Assembly (NCBI GenBank): GCA_035906055.1
Contig: JAMIFV010000021.1
Span: forward strand, 1,810 to 65,809
DNA from: Alphaproteobacteria bacterium
GTDB taxonomy: Bacteria; Pseudomonadota; Alphaproteobacteria; Rickettsiales; JABCZZ01
Direction: 5' to 3'
Length of the DNA: 64,000 nt
The translations under genes and the position numbers were made by a program. The notes beneath the pieces are model-generated. The model did not search any database. It was not told the origin of the DNA and saw only the letters and a list, made by a program, of their open reading frames with translations. Positions 29,575 through 39,191 of this stretch are shown in pieces (positions within the stretch are counted from its first letter, which is position 1; every line of letters begins with the position of its first letter).

Positions 29575-31308
29575 ATGCAGAGCATAAAAAAATCTTCCAA
29601 GACACTGCTTGATCTCGTTTTACTGGCGCTGGCAACCGCCCTCATCTTCGGCCTGCTGCTTGGCAGCCGCCCCTATTCCGCGCCCAGCGAATCGCGTTAT
29701 GTGGAAATCGGCCGCGAGATGGCCGAGTCGGGTGATTATGTCACCCCGCGCCTCAATTACATAAAATACTTTGAGAAGCCGCCTTTGTTCTACTGGGCAC
29801 AGGGCGCATGGACGGAGATTGCCGGCACCGACTTTTTCAACGCGCGCGTGCCCACCGCATTCTTCTCGGTGCTGCTGTGCCTGCTCACCTATGGGCTGGG
29901 CAGGATGCTGTATGGCAGGCTGGCGGGCATACTTTCCGCTCTGGTCATCGCCACCAGCATCTACCTGTTCTCGCTCAGCCGCGTGGTGCTGCTCGACGTG
30001 CCGGTGAGCGTTTTCCTCGTCGCCACGCTGATGGCTTTTCTCCATGCCGCCAACGCACCGCCCGGCAAAAAACGCACGCTGGTCATTTACTGCATGTACA
30101 TAGCCGCCGCAGGCGCGGTGATGACCAAGGGGCTCATCGGCATCGTGGTGCCGGGCGCCATTATCTTCCTGTGGTTCCTGTGCACCGGGCGCTGGAAACT
30201 GCTCGCCGAAATGCGCCTGCCCACCGGCACGCTGCTGTTTCTGGCGCTCTGCGCGCCGTGGCATATCATGGTGTGGCAGGCAAACCCTGAACATCCGTGG
30301 TTCTATTTCGTGCATGAACACTGGCTGCGCTACACCACCACCACCCACGGGCGCGACCATAAACTCTGGTTCTTCGTTCCCGTGGTCATCGGCGGGCTGT
30401 TCCCGTGGACGGTGTTCGCGTGGCAGGCCTTCTCCACCCACCTCAAAGGCGGCTGGAGCAACCGCCATCAGGACAGCCGCCCGCTGTTTCTCGCATTGTG
30501 GATATGGTTCCCCTTCATCTTCTTTTCCATCTCGGATTCCACGCTGATTCCTTATATCCTGCCCATCTTCCCGCCGCTGGCGGTGATGCTCGGCCATTAC
30601 TTCGCGCAGAACTGGCAGGAACGCAAGACCAGCGGCTGGCGCGCAGGCGTCTATGCGATGATTGTGCTGCTGTTGCTGGTTGCCGTGCTGCCGGATACCG
30701 TGGAAGACTCCGTGGACCAGAACAGTAAAGTGTTCCAGGCTATAGAAGATGGGGAAAGCAGCATACAGTATCTCTCCGGCGTGGCGCTGACCGGCGCGGT
30801 GCTTCTGTTCATCACCTATTTCCAGGGGCGTGCGAAGCATGTGATCATGGTGATGATCGCGATAGCCGTGCTCGTCATGCAGATGGGCGATGTGATTGCC
30901 TCGCACTATAATAAAGACTCCATGCAGGGTATCGCCAGTACGGTCAAACCCATCCTGAGAGCGGACGATGAAGTGGTGATCTACGACCATTATTATCAGG
31001 ATATGCCCATTTACCTGAACCGCCGTATCGGCACGGTGAACTGGAAGGGTGAGCTGGAATTCGGTTCGCAGCATCAGGACACGTCGGACTGGCTGCTCAG
31101 CTATGACAGTTTCTGGAAACGCTGGCAGACGCCGGGCAAGCGCATGTTCGTCATCATGCGGCAGGATGCGCTGGAACGAATCAAGGCCACGCCTGAATAT
31201 AAGGATATTCCCCTCTACCCCCTGATGCAGGACGGGCGTAACCTGCTGTTCGCCAACGTGCCTAAAGAAGCCCTCATCGAAAAAGAAACCGTTCAAGAAA
31301 AGAATTAA
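29575..31308 (+). CDS. arnT: ArnT-like lipid aminoarabinose transferase (GT39/GT83)
   Basis: ESRYVEIGREM, YFEKPPL, TKGLIG, FFV.EH-like motif; adjacent to arnB-like gene. Confidence 0.82.
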   Translation: MQSIKKSSKTLLDLVLLALATALIFGLLLGSRPYSAPSESRYVEIGREMAESGDYVTPRLNYIKYFEKPPLFYWAQGAWTEIAGTDFFNARVPTAFFSVLLCLLTYGLGRMLYGRLAGILSALVIATSIYLFSLSRVVLLDVPVSVFLVATLMAFLHAANAPPGKKRTLVIYCMYIAAAGAVMTKGLIGIVVPGAIIFLWFLCTGRWKLLAEMRLPTGTLLFLALCAPWHIMVWQANPEHPWFYFVHEHWLRYTTTTHGRDHKLWFFVPVVIGGLFPWTVFAWQAFSTHLKGGWSNRHQDSRPLFLALWIWFPFIFFSISDSTLIPYILPIFPPLAVMLGHYFAQNWQERKTSGWRAGVYAMIVLLLLVAVLPDTVEDSVDQNSKVFQAIEDGESSIQYLSGVALTGAVLLFITYFQGRAKHVIMVMIAIAVLVMQMGDVIASHYNKDSMQGIASTVKPILRADDEVVIYDHYYQDMPIYLNRRIGTVNWKGELEFGSQHQDTSDWLLSYDSFWKRWQTPGKRMFVIMRQDALERIKATPEYKDIPLYPLMQDGRNLLFANVPKEALIEKETVQEKN

Positions 31309-31309
31309 C

Positions 31310-32446
31310 ATGAGCGATGCACCCTTCATGCCTTTTGCCAGGCCCACGCTGAGCGAGGAAACGTTTAAAGAAGTGGAAGCGGTGCTGCGTTCCGGCTGGC
31401 TGACCACGGGCCCGCGCGTGGCGCAGTTCGAGAAAGACCTTTCCGCCTATTTTGGTGGCAGGCAGGTGCGCGCCCTGGCTTCGGCCACGGCAGGCCTTCA
31501 GCTTGCCTTCATGGCGCTTGGGCTGAAGGAAGGCGACGAGGTTATCACCACGCCGCTTACCTTTGTCGCCACGCTCAACACGATTGTGCAGGCGGGTGCA
31601 AAGCCCATACTGGTGGATATCGACCCCGCCACGCGCAACATGGATGTGCGCCTGATCGAAAAAGCCATCACCAGAAAAACCCGCGCCATCTGCCCGGTGC
31701 ATTTCGCTGGTTTGCCGGTGGATATGGACGAGGTCTATGCCATCGCCCACAAGCATGGGCTGCGCGTCGTGGAAGATTGCGCGCATTCCATAGGCGCCGC
31801 CTATAAAGACAGGAAGCTCGGCTCTTTCGGCGATATCCAGGTAATGAGCTTCCACCCCAACAAGAATATGACCACCGGCGAAGGCGGCGCTGTTGTTACG
31901 GACGACGCGGACGTGCTCAAAGCCATAGAGCGCCTGCGCTTCCACGGCATCGACCGCGATTCCTTCAACCGCTTCAGCAAGACCGGCAGCCAGCATTATG
32001 ACGTGGTGCTGCCCGGCTTCAAATACAACATGATGGACATCCAGGCCGCCATCGGCATCCACCAGTTGCCGATGCTGGACGGCTTTATTGACGCACGCAA
32101 TACGCTGGTGGAAAAATACCGCAGCAGGTTCGCAGGCGTGAAGCAGCTTTCCCTTCCCTCCCAGCCCGCTTACGCGCACCGCCATGCATGGCACCTGCTC
32201 ACCGTGCTGGTGGAAAACCGCGACGGCTTCATGGACGCGATAAAGGCAAAGAATATCGGCACCGGCATGCATTATGTGGCCGCGCACCTGTTCAGCTATT
32301 ATAAAGAACGGTTCGGCTACAGGCAGGGCGACTTCCCGCATGCGGAACACGTAGGCGGGCGTATTTGCAGCCTGCCCCTGTTCCCGCGTATGACGGATGA
32401 GGAGCTTGATAGGGTGGTAACGGCGGTGAAAGAAGTTTTACATTAA
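31310..32446 (+). CDS. arnB: DegT/ArnB PLP aminotransferase (UDP-4-amino-4-deoxy-L-arabinose aminotransferase-like)
   Basis: SGWLTTGP, EDCAH, SFHPNKNMTTGEGG, GFKYNM. Confidence 0.88.
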   Translation: MSDAPFMPFARPTLSEETFKEVEAVLRSGWLTTGPRVAQFEKDLSAYFGGRQVRALASATAGLQLAFMALGLKEGDEVITTPLTFVATLNTIVQAGAKPILVDIDPATRNMDVRLIEKAITRKTRAICPVHFAGLPVDMDEVYAIAHKHGLRVVEDCAHSIGAAYKDRKLGSFGDIQVMSFHPNKNMTTGEGGAVVTDDADVLKAIERLRFHGIDRDSFNRFSKTGSQHYDVVLPGFKYNMMDIQAAIGIHQLPMLDGFIDARNTLVEKYRSRFAGVKQLSLPSQPAYAHRHAWHLLTVLVENRDGFMDAIKAKNIGTGMHYVAAHLFSYYKERFGYRQGDFPHAEHVGGRICSLPLFPRMTDEELDRVVTAVKEVLH

Positions 32447-32448
32447 TC

Positions 32449-32556
32449 TTCGTCATCCTGTGAATCGCGCAGAGACAGAAAAAATCTTCGGGTGACAAAG
32501 ATCATTGCATCACTTCGGTACAAATTCAGCATCATTTTGTCGCCCGAGCAGAACCA
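32449..32556. repeat. Degenerate GTCATCCTG-family palindrome
   Basis: cttcgtcatcctg start; tcgggtgacaaa / tttgtcgcccga inverted pair. Confidence 0.5.
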
Positions 32557-32718
32557 GAAATGAGAATTTTACCCCCAAAAATAGAAATCTATACATTTGA
32601 ATATACTTAGTTTTTTCTATTATTTTAACTATTTTTAAATGACGTCCGCGCTACAGTGTAAGCATGTTTTCCTCATGAAGAATTATGTGGAAGCGATATT
32701 CAAGGAAAGGACCGTAAC

Positions 32719-33036
32719 ATGACGACCCGGCATGCATTCGACCACAACCGCGCCAGCAGCTATATCGGCAAATCCATTCTCATCGGCCTGCATATTTATG
32801 AGCAGGGCGAAACATCACCGGCCCGGGAACAGATGCACGGCATCATCACCCATGCATCGCCGCAGGGTATCAGGGTAGCGCTCAGGGGGGTGAATGAGGG
32901 CGGCATGCTGAACATGCCCCCCTCGCTTGACGATATTGAAGTGGCCTCGCCCGGCACCTACCTGATCGGTGAGGATAAGATTGAAGATCCCGATTTTATG
33001 GCCACGTGGGCGATCCACCGCACCACCCTGCATTAA
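32719..33036 (+). CDS. Hypothetical protein (105 aa)
   Basis: SD aaggaaagga; followed by a terminator; no named family recognised. Confidence 0.75.
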   Translation: MTTRHAFDHNRASSYIGKSILIGLHIYEQGETSPAREQMHGIITHASPQGIRVALRGVNEGGMLNMPPSLDDIEVASPGTYLIGEDKIEDPDFMATWAIHRTTLH

Positions 33037-33049
33037 GAAGCGTTTCGTC

Positions 33050-33084
33050 AACGCCCCCTTTCCCGCCGGGAAGGGGGCGTTTTT
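33050..33084 (+). terminator. Intrinsic terminator
   Basis: aacgccccctt...aagggggcgtt followed by ttt. Confidence 0.75.
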
Positions 33085-33154
33085 ATGCAGATGCGCGGTT
33101 GCCTGTTGACCCTACCTGCCAGAAGTGCAAGAGGTAGGGCGCTAACAACCGGGT

Positions 33155-34126
33155 ATGCTGAATATGTATCTTTCCGTCGTGATCCCCGTCTATAACGAGT
33201 CCGCCAATATCGATACGCTGTTCGCACGCACCCTGCCCGTGCTCGACAAACTCGGCAAGCCTTACGAGATAGTGCTCACCAATGACGGCAGCCGCGACAA
33301 TTCGCAGGAGCTGCTCGCCAGGCATCAGGCGGCAAGGCCGGATGTGATAAAGGTCATCCAGTTCGCCCGCAATTACGGCCAGCACCCCGCCATCATGGCC
33401 GGGTTTGAGCTGGCGCAGGGCGACGTGGTGGTGACGATGGACGCCGACCTGCAGAACCCGCCGGAAGAAATTCCCAAACTGCTGGCGCTTATTGAGCAAG
33501 GGCACGATGTGGTGGGGGGCTATCGCGGCAACAGGCTGGATTCGCCGTACCGCAAGTTCGTCTCCAAAATGTCCAACATCGTGCGCGCAAAGATCACTAA
33601 GATCGAAATGCGCGACCAGGGCTGCATGCTGCGCGCCTACCGCCGCGAGATTGTCCAGCTTATCGTGGGCAGCAACGAAAGCACGCCGTTCATCACGGCG
33701 CTGGCGCAGTATTTCGCCAACAACCCGGCGGAAGTGGAAGTGGCGCATGAAGAACGCCATGGCGGCACGTCCAACTACAACCTCTACAAGCTCATCCGTT
33801 ATAACTTCGACCTCACCACGGGTTTCTCGCTGGTGCCGCTGCAACTGTTCACCATCTTCGGCATCGTGCTTTCCGCGCTCTCCTGTTTGCTGGTTGTGGT
33901 GCTTGCGGCAAGGCGCATTTTCATCGGGCCGGAAGCGGAAGGCATGTTCACGCTGTTTGGCATTTTGTTCTTCCTGATGAGCGTGGCCATCACCGGGCTT
34001 GGGCTGCTGGGCGAATATATTGGCCGCATTTACCTTGAGGTGCGCCAGCGCCCCAAATATGTCATCCGCAGCGTACTGGGCAAAGATGCACCGAACAAAG
34101 TAACTCCGCTCAAGGAACGCACCTAA
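33155..34126 (+). CDS. arnC: ArnC-like GT2 undecaprenyl-phosphate glycosyltransferase
   Basis: SVVIPVYNE, NDGSRD, RNYGQH, MDADLQNPPEEIP, two C-terminal TMs. Confidence 0.88.
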   Translation: MLNMYLSVVIPVYNESANIDTLFARTLPVLDKLGKPYEIVLTNDGSRDNSQELLARHQAARPDVIKVIQFARNYGQHPAIMAGFELAQGDVVVTMDADLQNPPEEIPKLLALIEQGHDVVGGYRGNRLDSPYRKFVSKMSNIVRAKITKIEMRDQGCMLRAYRREIVQLIVGSNESTPFITALAQYFANNPAEVEVAHEERHGGTSNYNLYKLIRYNFDLTTGFSLVPLQLFTIFGIVLSALSCLLVVVLAARRIFIGPEAEGMFTLFGILFFLMSVAITGLGLLGEYIGRIYLEVRQRPKYVIRSVLGKDAPNKVTPLKERT

Positions 34127-34223
34127 TAACCAGCTAAATTTTCTTGTTAAAAAAGATTCATAAAACTGTCACACACCCTGCGCTTCAAGACGCTATAATC
34201 CTTACACAAAGCGCAAGGTACCC

Positions 34224-34817
34224 ATGCATAAAGAAGACCAAAACGCCCACTACCGCATCACCGAAGTCACATTTGGCCCGGAGCTGTCCAAAAATATCGA
34301 CCGGCTTTTTGCGGGTAGGAATGCAAGTGAACAGCGTGCGATCCGAGAAGCGCTCGATATTGCCCTGAAAGACGCCACAACCCCATCTAAGAATTATGCA
34401 CTTACTAAAATAAAAGGCCCTTTCAAGCTCACACTCGACAGCGCAGATGGTAATATCTTCGTTCAGCTGGATAACAAAATGGGGGAAAGCCTGAAAGCTT
34501 TTCTTCCGATGAGAAGGCTTGAAGTCGATATGCTCAATTTCTGGGATAACCTCGCACCTTATATGAAGAGAGCCCTGCCTACAGGTGATATGCGCCAGAT
34601 ACTGGAAGAAGCCCGTCATGATAGCCACGGGCGTGGCGCAGAACTTGTGCGTTCCGCGCTAGCAGAACAGGGCATGCCGACAGTCAGGGAATATGGTGGT
34701 GCATTGTTTGAGGCACTTTCCTTTGCCTATCATGACAAGGAGAGGATAAATCCCCGTCCTCAGGTTGCCATACGCATGGCGCAACTCGACGCACGAGGCC
34801 AGAGAGTCGCGTTCTAG
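34224..34817 (+). CDS. Hypothetical protein (197 aa, lower GC)
   Basis: ORF with no family motif; inside the arn cluster. Confidence 0.65.
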   Translation: MHKEDQNAHYRITEVTFGPELSKNIDRLFAGRNASEQRAIREALDIALKDATTPSKNYALTKIKGPFKLTLDSADGNIFVQLDNKMGESLKAFLPMRRLEVDMLNFWDNLAPYMKRALPTGDMRQILEEARHDSHGRGAELVRSALAEQGMPTVREYGGALFEALSFAYHDKERINPRPQVAIRMAQLDARGQRVAF

Positions 34818-34874
34818 AACGCAAAACTCCATTGCGTAACGCTGCAAACCTGCTATTTCCTACCTGACTTGAAC

Positions 34875-34951
34875 GTCTTCCTGCGGCTTGACCGCAGGAT
34901 CTCAGGCGATAATGCACTGGCCTGAGATCCTGTGCTTTCGCACAGGATGAC
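34875..34951. repeat. REP-like GTCATCCTG-family double hairpin
   Basis: gtcttcctgcgg-cttga-ccgcaggatctcagg ... cctgagatcctgtgc-tttc-gcacaggatgac. Confidence 0.8.
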
Positions 34952-34969
34952 GAAATAACATGGATACTT

Positions 34970-35992
34970 ATGAATATTTTAATCCTCGGCGCTAACGGCT
35001 TCATCGGCAGCAATCTCATTGCGCGCATCGTAGCTACCAAGCCCGACTGGCGCATCACCGCGCTTGACCTCGGCGCCGATAAGCTGGATGGCCTCGAAAA
35101 ACACAAACAGGTCACGTTCCACAAAGCCGATATGCTCGCCGCACGCGATTGGGTCTCCGAGCAGGTAAGCAAAGCTGATGTGGTGCTGCCGCTCGTGGCC
35201 ATCGCCACCCCCGCCACCTATGTAAGCGACCCGCTCTCCGTGTTCGAACTGGACTTTGAAGCCAACCTCGCCGTGGTGCGCGACTGCGTGAAATACAAGA
35301 AACGCCTGATCTTTCCCTCCACGTCGGAAGTCTACGGCATGAGCGAAGACCTGCCTTACGATGAAGAGGAAAGCCGCCTTGTCACCGGCCCCATCAACAA
35401 ACAGCGCTGGATCTATTCCTGCTCCAAGCAGATGATGGACCGCGTGATTTATGCCTATGGCCAGCGCGGGGCCTTGCAGTTCACGCTGTTCCGCCCGTTC
35501 AACTGGATCGGGCCGAAGCAGGACAATGTATGGAACAATAAAGGCACCAGCAGCCGCGCAGTGCCGCAGTTCCTGAGTGACATACTGCACAAACGCGACA
35601 TCCAGCTTGTGGCAGGCGGCGCGCAGAAACGCTGCTTCCTCTACATAGACGACGCGATGGATGCGATGATGCGTATTTTAGAGAATAAAAATGGCTGCGC
35701 CGATAGCGGCATCTTTAATATCGGCCATCCGGGCAATGAGGCGAGCATCCGCGAACTGGCGGAAACGCTGCTTTCCACGATAAAAACCTTCCCCGGTTAT
35801 GAAAACGTCCCCACGCGCATCATCGACACGTCCGCCGACGCCTATTACGGCAAAGGGTATCAGGACGTGGAGCGCCGCGTGCCTTCCATCCGCCGCGCCG
35901 AAGAAAAACTCGGCTGGAAGCCGGTGACGGATTTTGCCGCCTGCCTGCACAAGACCGTAGAATTCTACCTGCGCCAGAAACAGGCCGCATAA
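34970..35992 (+). CDS. arnA: Stand-alone ArnA C-terminal domain (UDP-glucuronate oxidase/decarboxylase)
   Basis: ILGANGFIG, LPLVAIATP, FPSTSEVYG, RWIYSCSKQ, FRPFNWIGP, GYQDV; no formyltransferase domain. Confidence 0.88.
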   Translation: MNILILGANGFIGSNLIARIVATKPDWRITALDLGADKLDGLEKHKQVTFHKADMLAARDWVSEQVSKADVVLPLVAIATPATYVSDPLSVFELDFEANLAVVRDCVKYKKRLIFPSTSEVYGMSEDLPYDEEESRLVTGPINKQRWIYSCSKQMMDRVIYAYGQRGALQFTLFRPFNWIGPKQDNVWNNKGTSSRAVPQFLSDILHKRDIQLVAGGAQKRCFLYIDDAMDAMMRILENKNGCADSGIFNIGHPGNEASIRELAETLLSTIKTFPGYENVPTRIIDTSADAYYGKGYQDVERRVPSIRRAEEKLGWKPVTDFAACLHKTVEFYLRQKQAA

Positions 35993-35998
35993 CACGCC

Positions 35999-36490
35999 AT
36001 GTTCATACGTCACCTCAGTGAAGCGGACCGCGGCATCTATAATCCCTTTATCCTGCGCGGCGTGCATGAGCATGCGGACTGTTTCCGCATCAGCGAGCAG
36101 GACGTGCTGGAATCACCCGATCCCCTATTGTCTCTTTATGTGGATGACTTTACGCTTGGCGCGTTTGAAGAAGAAGGCCTGTTGCTGGGAGTGGTGAGCT
36201 TCGCACGGGAAACGCGGCAGAAATTCCTGCATAAGGGGCTTTTGTACCGCATGTATGTGGCGGCGGAAACGACGTCGCGAGGCATCGGGCGCGAACTCAT
36301 CCGCCAGACCGTGGCGCTTGCACGCCAGCAACCGGGGCTGGAACAGATATTGCTTACGGTACTCAGCCATAACATGAAAGCGATACAGTTATATGCATCG
36401 GAAGGCTTCGTCGTCTTTTCCAAAGAACCCCACGCACTCAAGTCCGATAAAACCTATTTCGACGAAGAGCAGATGGTGCTATACCTTTAA
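35999..36490 (+). CDS. GNAT family N-acetyltransferase
   Basis: HKGLLYRMYV...RGIGRELI, N.KAIQLY..EGF. Confidence 0.88.
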   Translation: MFIRHLSEADRGIYNPFILRGVHEHADCFRISEQDVLESPDPLLSLYVDDFTLGAFEEEGLLLGVVSFARETRQKFLHKGLLYRMYVAAETTSRGIGRELIRQTVALARQQPGLEQILLTVLSHNMKAIQLYASEGFVVFSKEPHALKSDKTYFDEEQMVLYL

Positions 36491-36681
36491 CAGGTAGGGG
36501 CCACCCCCCTATTGTGCAAAAATGACACAGGCAAATTTTTCCCAGCTGTCATCAATAAGCATTTTTTCATGCCGGATAACACGGCAAAAATTTGTCAAGG
36601 AATAGGTAAGGCATAAGCAAAAAAATCGTATTGCTTTAACTACGCAGTGCAATCAGTTGAATAAAAATTATATTTACAATG

Positions 36682-36723
36682 TTATCCCCAATTTATCCAC
36701 TGCTATTACCCCAGTTATCCACT
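36682..36723 (+). promoter_or_regulatory. Head-to-tail DnaA-box-like array upstream of nrdA
   Basis: ttatcccca 36682, ttatccact 36693, ttatccact 36715 (each one mismatch to TTATCCACA; 11-nt phasing). Confidence 0.65.
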
Positions 36724-36765
36724 ATATATAGTAGTTGATAACAATTTCTGGACTAGATGTTGACA
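36719..36765. promoter_or_regulatory. Tandem NrdR boxes
   Basis: ccactatatatagtag 36719-36734 and ggactagatgttgaca 36750-36765, 31 bp apart, matching the acaCwAtATaTwGtgt consensus. Confidence 0.8.
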
Positions 36766-36871
36766 GCAACAGAGGCAACTCTTAAGAATGATTTTGAGCT
36801 TCAGAAAAGAAGCGAGCCAGGTACAGAACATAACAAAACACCAAAAGAGTACGCGCTCAGGGAGAGAGACC

Positions 36872-38686
36872 ATGCAAGCCATCCAGATAGACCGTTCCCG
36901 TGACAACCGCCTGACCACATTCGGCAAGGCTACCCTGCAGGACCGTTACCTGCTTGAAGGTGAAAGCTTTCAGGATATGTTCGCGCGCGCAGCCAAGCAT
37001 TATGCCGACAACGCGGAACATGCGCAGCGCCTGTATGACTATGTCAGCCAGCTCTGGTTCATGCCCGCCACCCCCATCCTCTCCAATGGCGGCAGCAATC
37101 GCGGCCTTCCCATCTCGTGCTTCCTCAACGAAACGCAGGACAATCTCGAAGGCATCGTGACGCTGTGGAACGAAAACGTATGGCTCGCGGCTCGCGGCGG
37201 CGGCATCGGCAGCTACTGGGGCAATTTGCGCTCCATCGGTGAAAAAGTGCGCGGCAACGGCAAGACCTCCGGCGTAGTGCCCTTCATGCGCGTGCAGGAC
37301 TCCCTCACCCTTGCCATCTCGCAAGGCTCGCTCCGCCGTGGCAGCTCCGCCGTCTATATGCCGATCGACCACCCGGAGATCGAGGAATTCATCGATATCC
37401 GCCGCCCCACCGGCGGCGACCCCAACCGCAAGGCGCTCAACATCCATCACGGCGTTGCCGTATCCGACGCGTTCATGCAGGCGGTTGAAAACGGTGACGA
37501 CTGGAACCTCGTAAGCCCCAAGAGCAAGAACGTCATCCACACCGTGAAGGCGCGCGACCTCTGGATCAAGCTGCTCACCGCCCGCGTGGAAACCGGCGAG
37601 CCGTACATCCTGTTCATCGACAGCGTGAACCGCGCCATTCCGGAACATCACCGCCAGCTCGGCCTGCTGGTGAAAACCTCCAACCTGTGCAGCGAGATCA
37701 CGCTGCCCACCGGCGAAGACCACCTGGGCAAGGAACGCACCGCCGTATGCTGCCTGTCCTCCATCAACCTTGAAACCTACGACGAATGGGTGAACCACCC
37801 CACTTTTGTTGAAGACGTCATGCGCTTCCTCGACAACGTGCTGCAGGACTTCATCGACTCCTCTCCCGACAGCATGAGCCGCGCAAAATACTCCGCCATG
37901 CGCGAGCGCAGCGTGGGCCTTGGCGTGATGGGCTTCCATTCTTTCCTGCAGAGCAAGATGATCCCGTTTGAATCCGTCATGGCCAAGGTATGGAACAAGC
38001 GCATGTTCGCCCATATCCGCACCCAGGCGGACGCGGCTTCCAAGAAGCTGGCCGAAGAGCGCGGCGCCTGCCCGGATGCGGCGGAATGCGGCATGATGGA
38101 ACGCTTCAGCAACAAGATGGCGATCGCGCCCACCGCGTCCATTTCGGTGATCGCGGGCAATTCCTCGCCCGGCATTGAGCCCTACGCCGCCAACAGCTTC
38201 ACGCAGAAGACGCTTTCGGGCTCCTTCAACGTGCGCAACAAACACCTCACGCGTATCCTGGAGTCTTACGGCTATAACAACGAAGACGTATGGAGTTCCA
38301 TCTCCTCGCATGAAGGCTCCGTGCAGCACCTGCCCTTCCTCACGGAGGACGAAAAGCTCGTGTTCAAGACCGCGCCGGAGATCGACCAGCGCTGGATCGT
38401 GGAACATGCCGCCGACCGCACGCCCTATATATGCCAGGCACAGTCCGTCAACCTGTTCCTGCCTGCCAACATCCACAAGCGCGACCTGCACATGCTGCAT
38501 ATGGACGCGTGGAAAAAAGGCATGAAGAGCCTGTATTACTGCCGCTCCACGTCCATGCAGCGCGCGGAAAAGGTTTCCCACAAGGTAGACGGCACCGGCC
38601 TGCAGCTGGAAATGTCGCTGGTGAAGAAGACCGCCCCCGTCATGTACCAGCCCGGCAAATACGAAGAATGCCTGGCGTGCCAGTAA
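36872..38686 (+). CDS. nrdA: Class Ia ribonucleotide reductase alpha subunit (no ATP cone)
   Basis: PATPIL, PISCFL, TSNLCSEI, KSLYYCR, C-terminal CLAC; SD ggagag before ATG 36872. Confidence 0.97.
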   Translation: MQAIQIDRSRDNRLTTFGKATLQDRYLLEGESFQDMFARAAKHYADNAEHAQRLYDYVSQLWFMPATPILSNGGSNRGLPISCFLNETQDNLEGIVTLWNENVWLAARGGGIGSYWGNLRSIGEKVRGNGKTSGVVPFMRVQDSLTLAISQGSLRRGSSAVYMPIDHPEIEEFIDIRRPTGGDPNRKALNIHHGVAVSDAFMQAVENGDDWNLVSPKSKNVIHTVKARDLWIKLLTARVETGEPYILFIDSVNRAIPEHHRQLGLLVKTSNLCSEITLPTGEDHLGKERTAVCCLSSINLETYDEWVNHPTFVEDVMRFLDNVLQDFIDSSPDSMSRAKYSAMRERSVGLGVMGFHSFLQSKMIPFESVMAKVWNKRMFAHIRTQADAASKKLAEERGACPDAAECGMMERFSNKMAIAPTASISVIAGNSSPGIEPYAANSFTQKTLSGSFNVRNKHLTRILESYGYNNEDVWSSISSHEGSVQHLPFLTEDEKLVFKTAPEIDQRWIVEHAADRTPYICQAQSVNLFLPANIHKRDLHMLHMDAWKKGMKSLYYCRSTSMQRAEKVSHKVDGTGLQLEMSLVKKTAPVMYQPGKYEECLACQ

Positions 38687-38689
38687 AAA

Positions 38690-38745
38690 GAGAACTCGAT
38701 GACTCGAGGACTGGAGGGCTTTATCGAGTCCTCGGGTTCTCAAGC
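38690..38745 (+). repeat. Octamer-period inverted repeat after nrdA
   Basis: actcga 38694, actcga 38702, actgga 38710 versus tcgagt 38724, tcgggt 38732, tcaagc 38740. Confidence 0.7.
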
Positions 38746-38768
38746 GCTCTTTCATCAAGGAGAAACCT

Positions 38769-39152
38769 ATGGCCGTAGCAGCATCATTTATCGACGCCCA
38801 GATATTCCAGCGCTGGGGACATGAAGTCCGCGGCTGGTTCAACAGCCCGCATGAACTGGAAGAACGCCCCGGCGTGTTCGTCGTCGCCACGCAGGGGTTC
38901 CAGATTCCGTTCGTACTGGATGTCGGCGAATCGGAAAACCTGCGCCTCACCGTGCTGGGCCACGACCGGCGCGTATTCTGGCGCCGCAACGCGCTGGGCA
39001 GCCTGTTTTATGCGGCGCTGTACATTGAAAACGGCGACTCCCCGTTCCTCAGCGGCTTCCACCGCCAGAATATCGAGCAGCGCATACGCAGCATGGAGCA
39101 ACCCGTATTCGGCGAACACGAAGTGTTTGCGCGCCCCGAACATCAGCAGTAA
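38769..39152 (+). CDS. Small protein with degenerate GIY-YIG-like pattern
   Basis: SD aaggag; PGVFVV...VLDVGESENLR....HDR and a late IEQ resemble the GIY-YIG core, with canonical Tyr positions substituted. Confidence 0.55.
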   Translation: MAVAASFIDAQIFQRWGHEVRGWFNSPHELEERPGVFVVATQGFQIPFVLDVGESENLRLTVLGHDRRVFWRRNALGSLFYAALYIENGDSPFLSGFHRQNIEQRIRSMEQPVFGEHEVFARPEHQQ

Positions 39153-39191
39153 GATCTCAGTATAACGAATCATATACTCTAAAACAATCTC

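Noticed and set aside
36600-36730. AT-rich tract plus DnaA boxes as oriC
   Set aside because: Only three imperfect boxes, no perfect TTATCCACA, and they overlap NrdR boxes directly before nrdA; promoter regulation is the simpler explanation.
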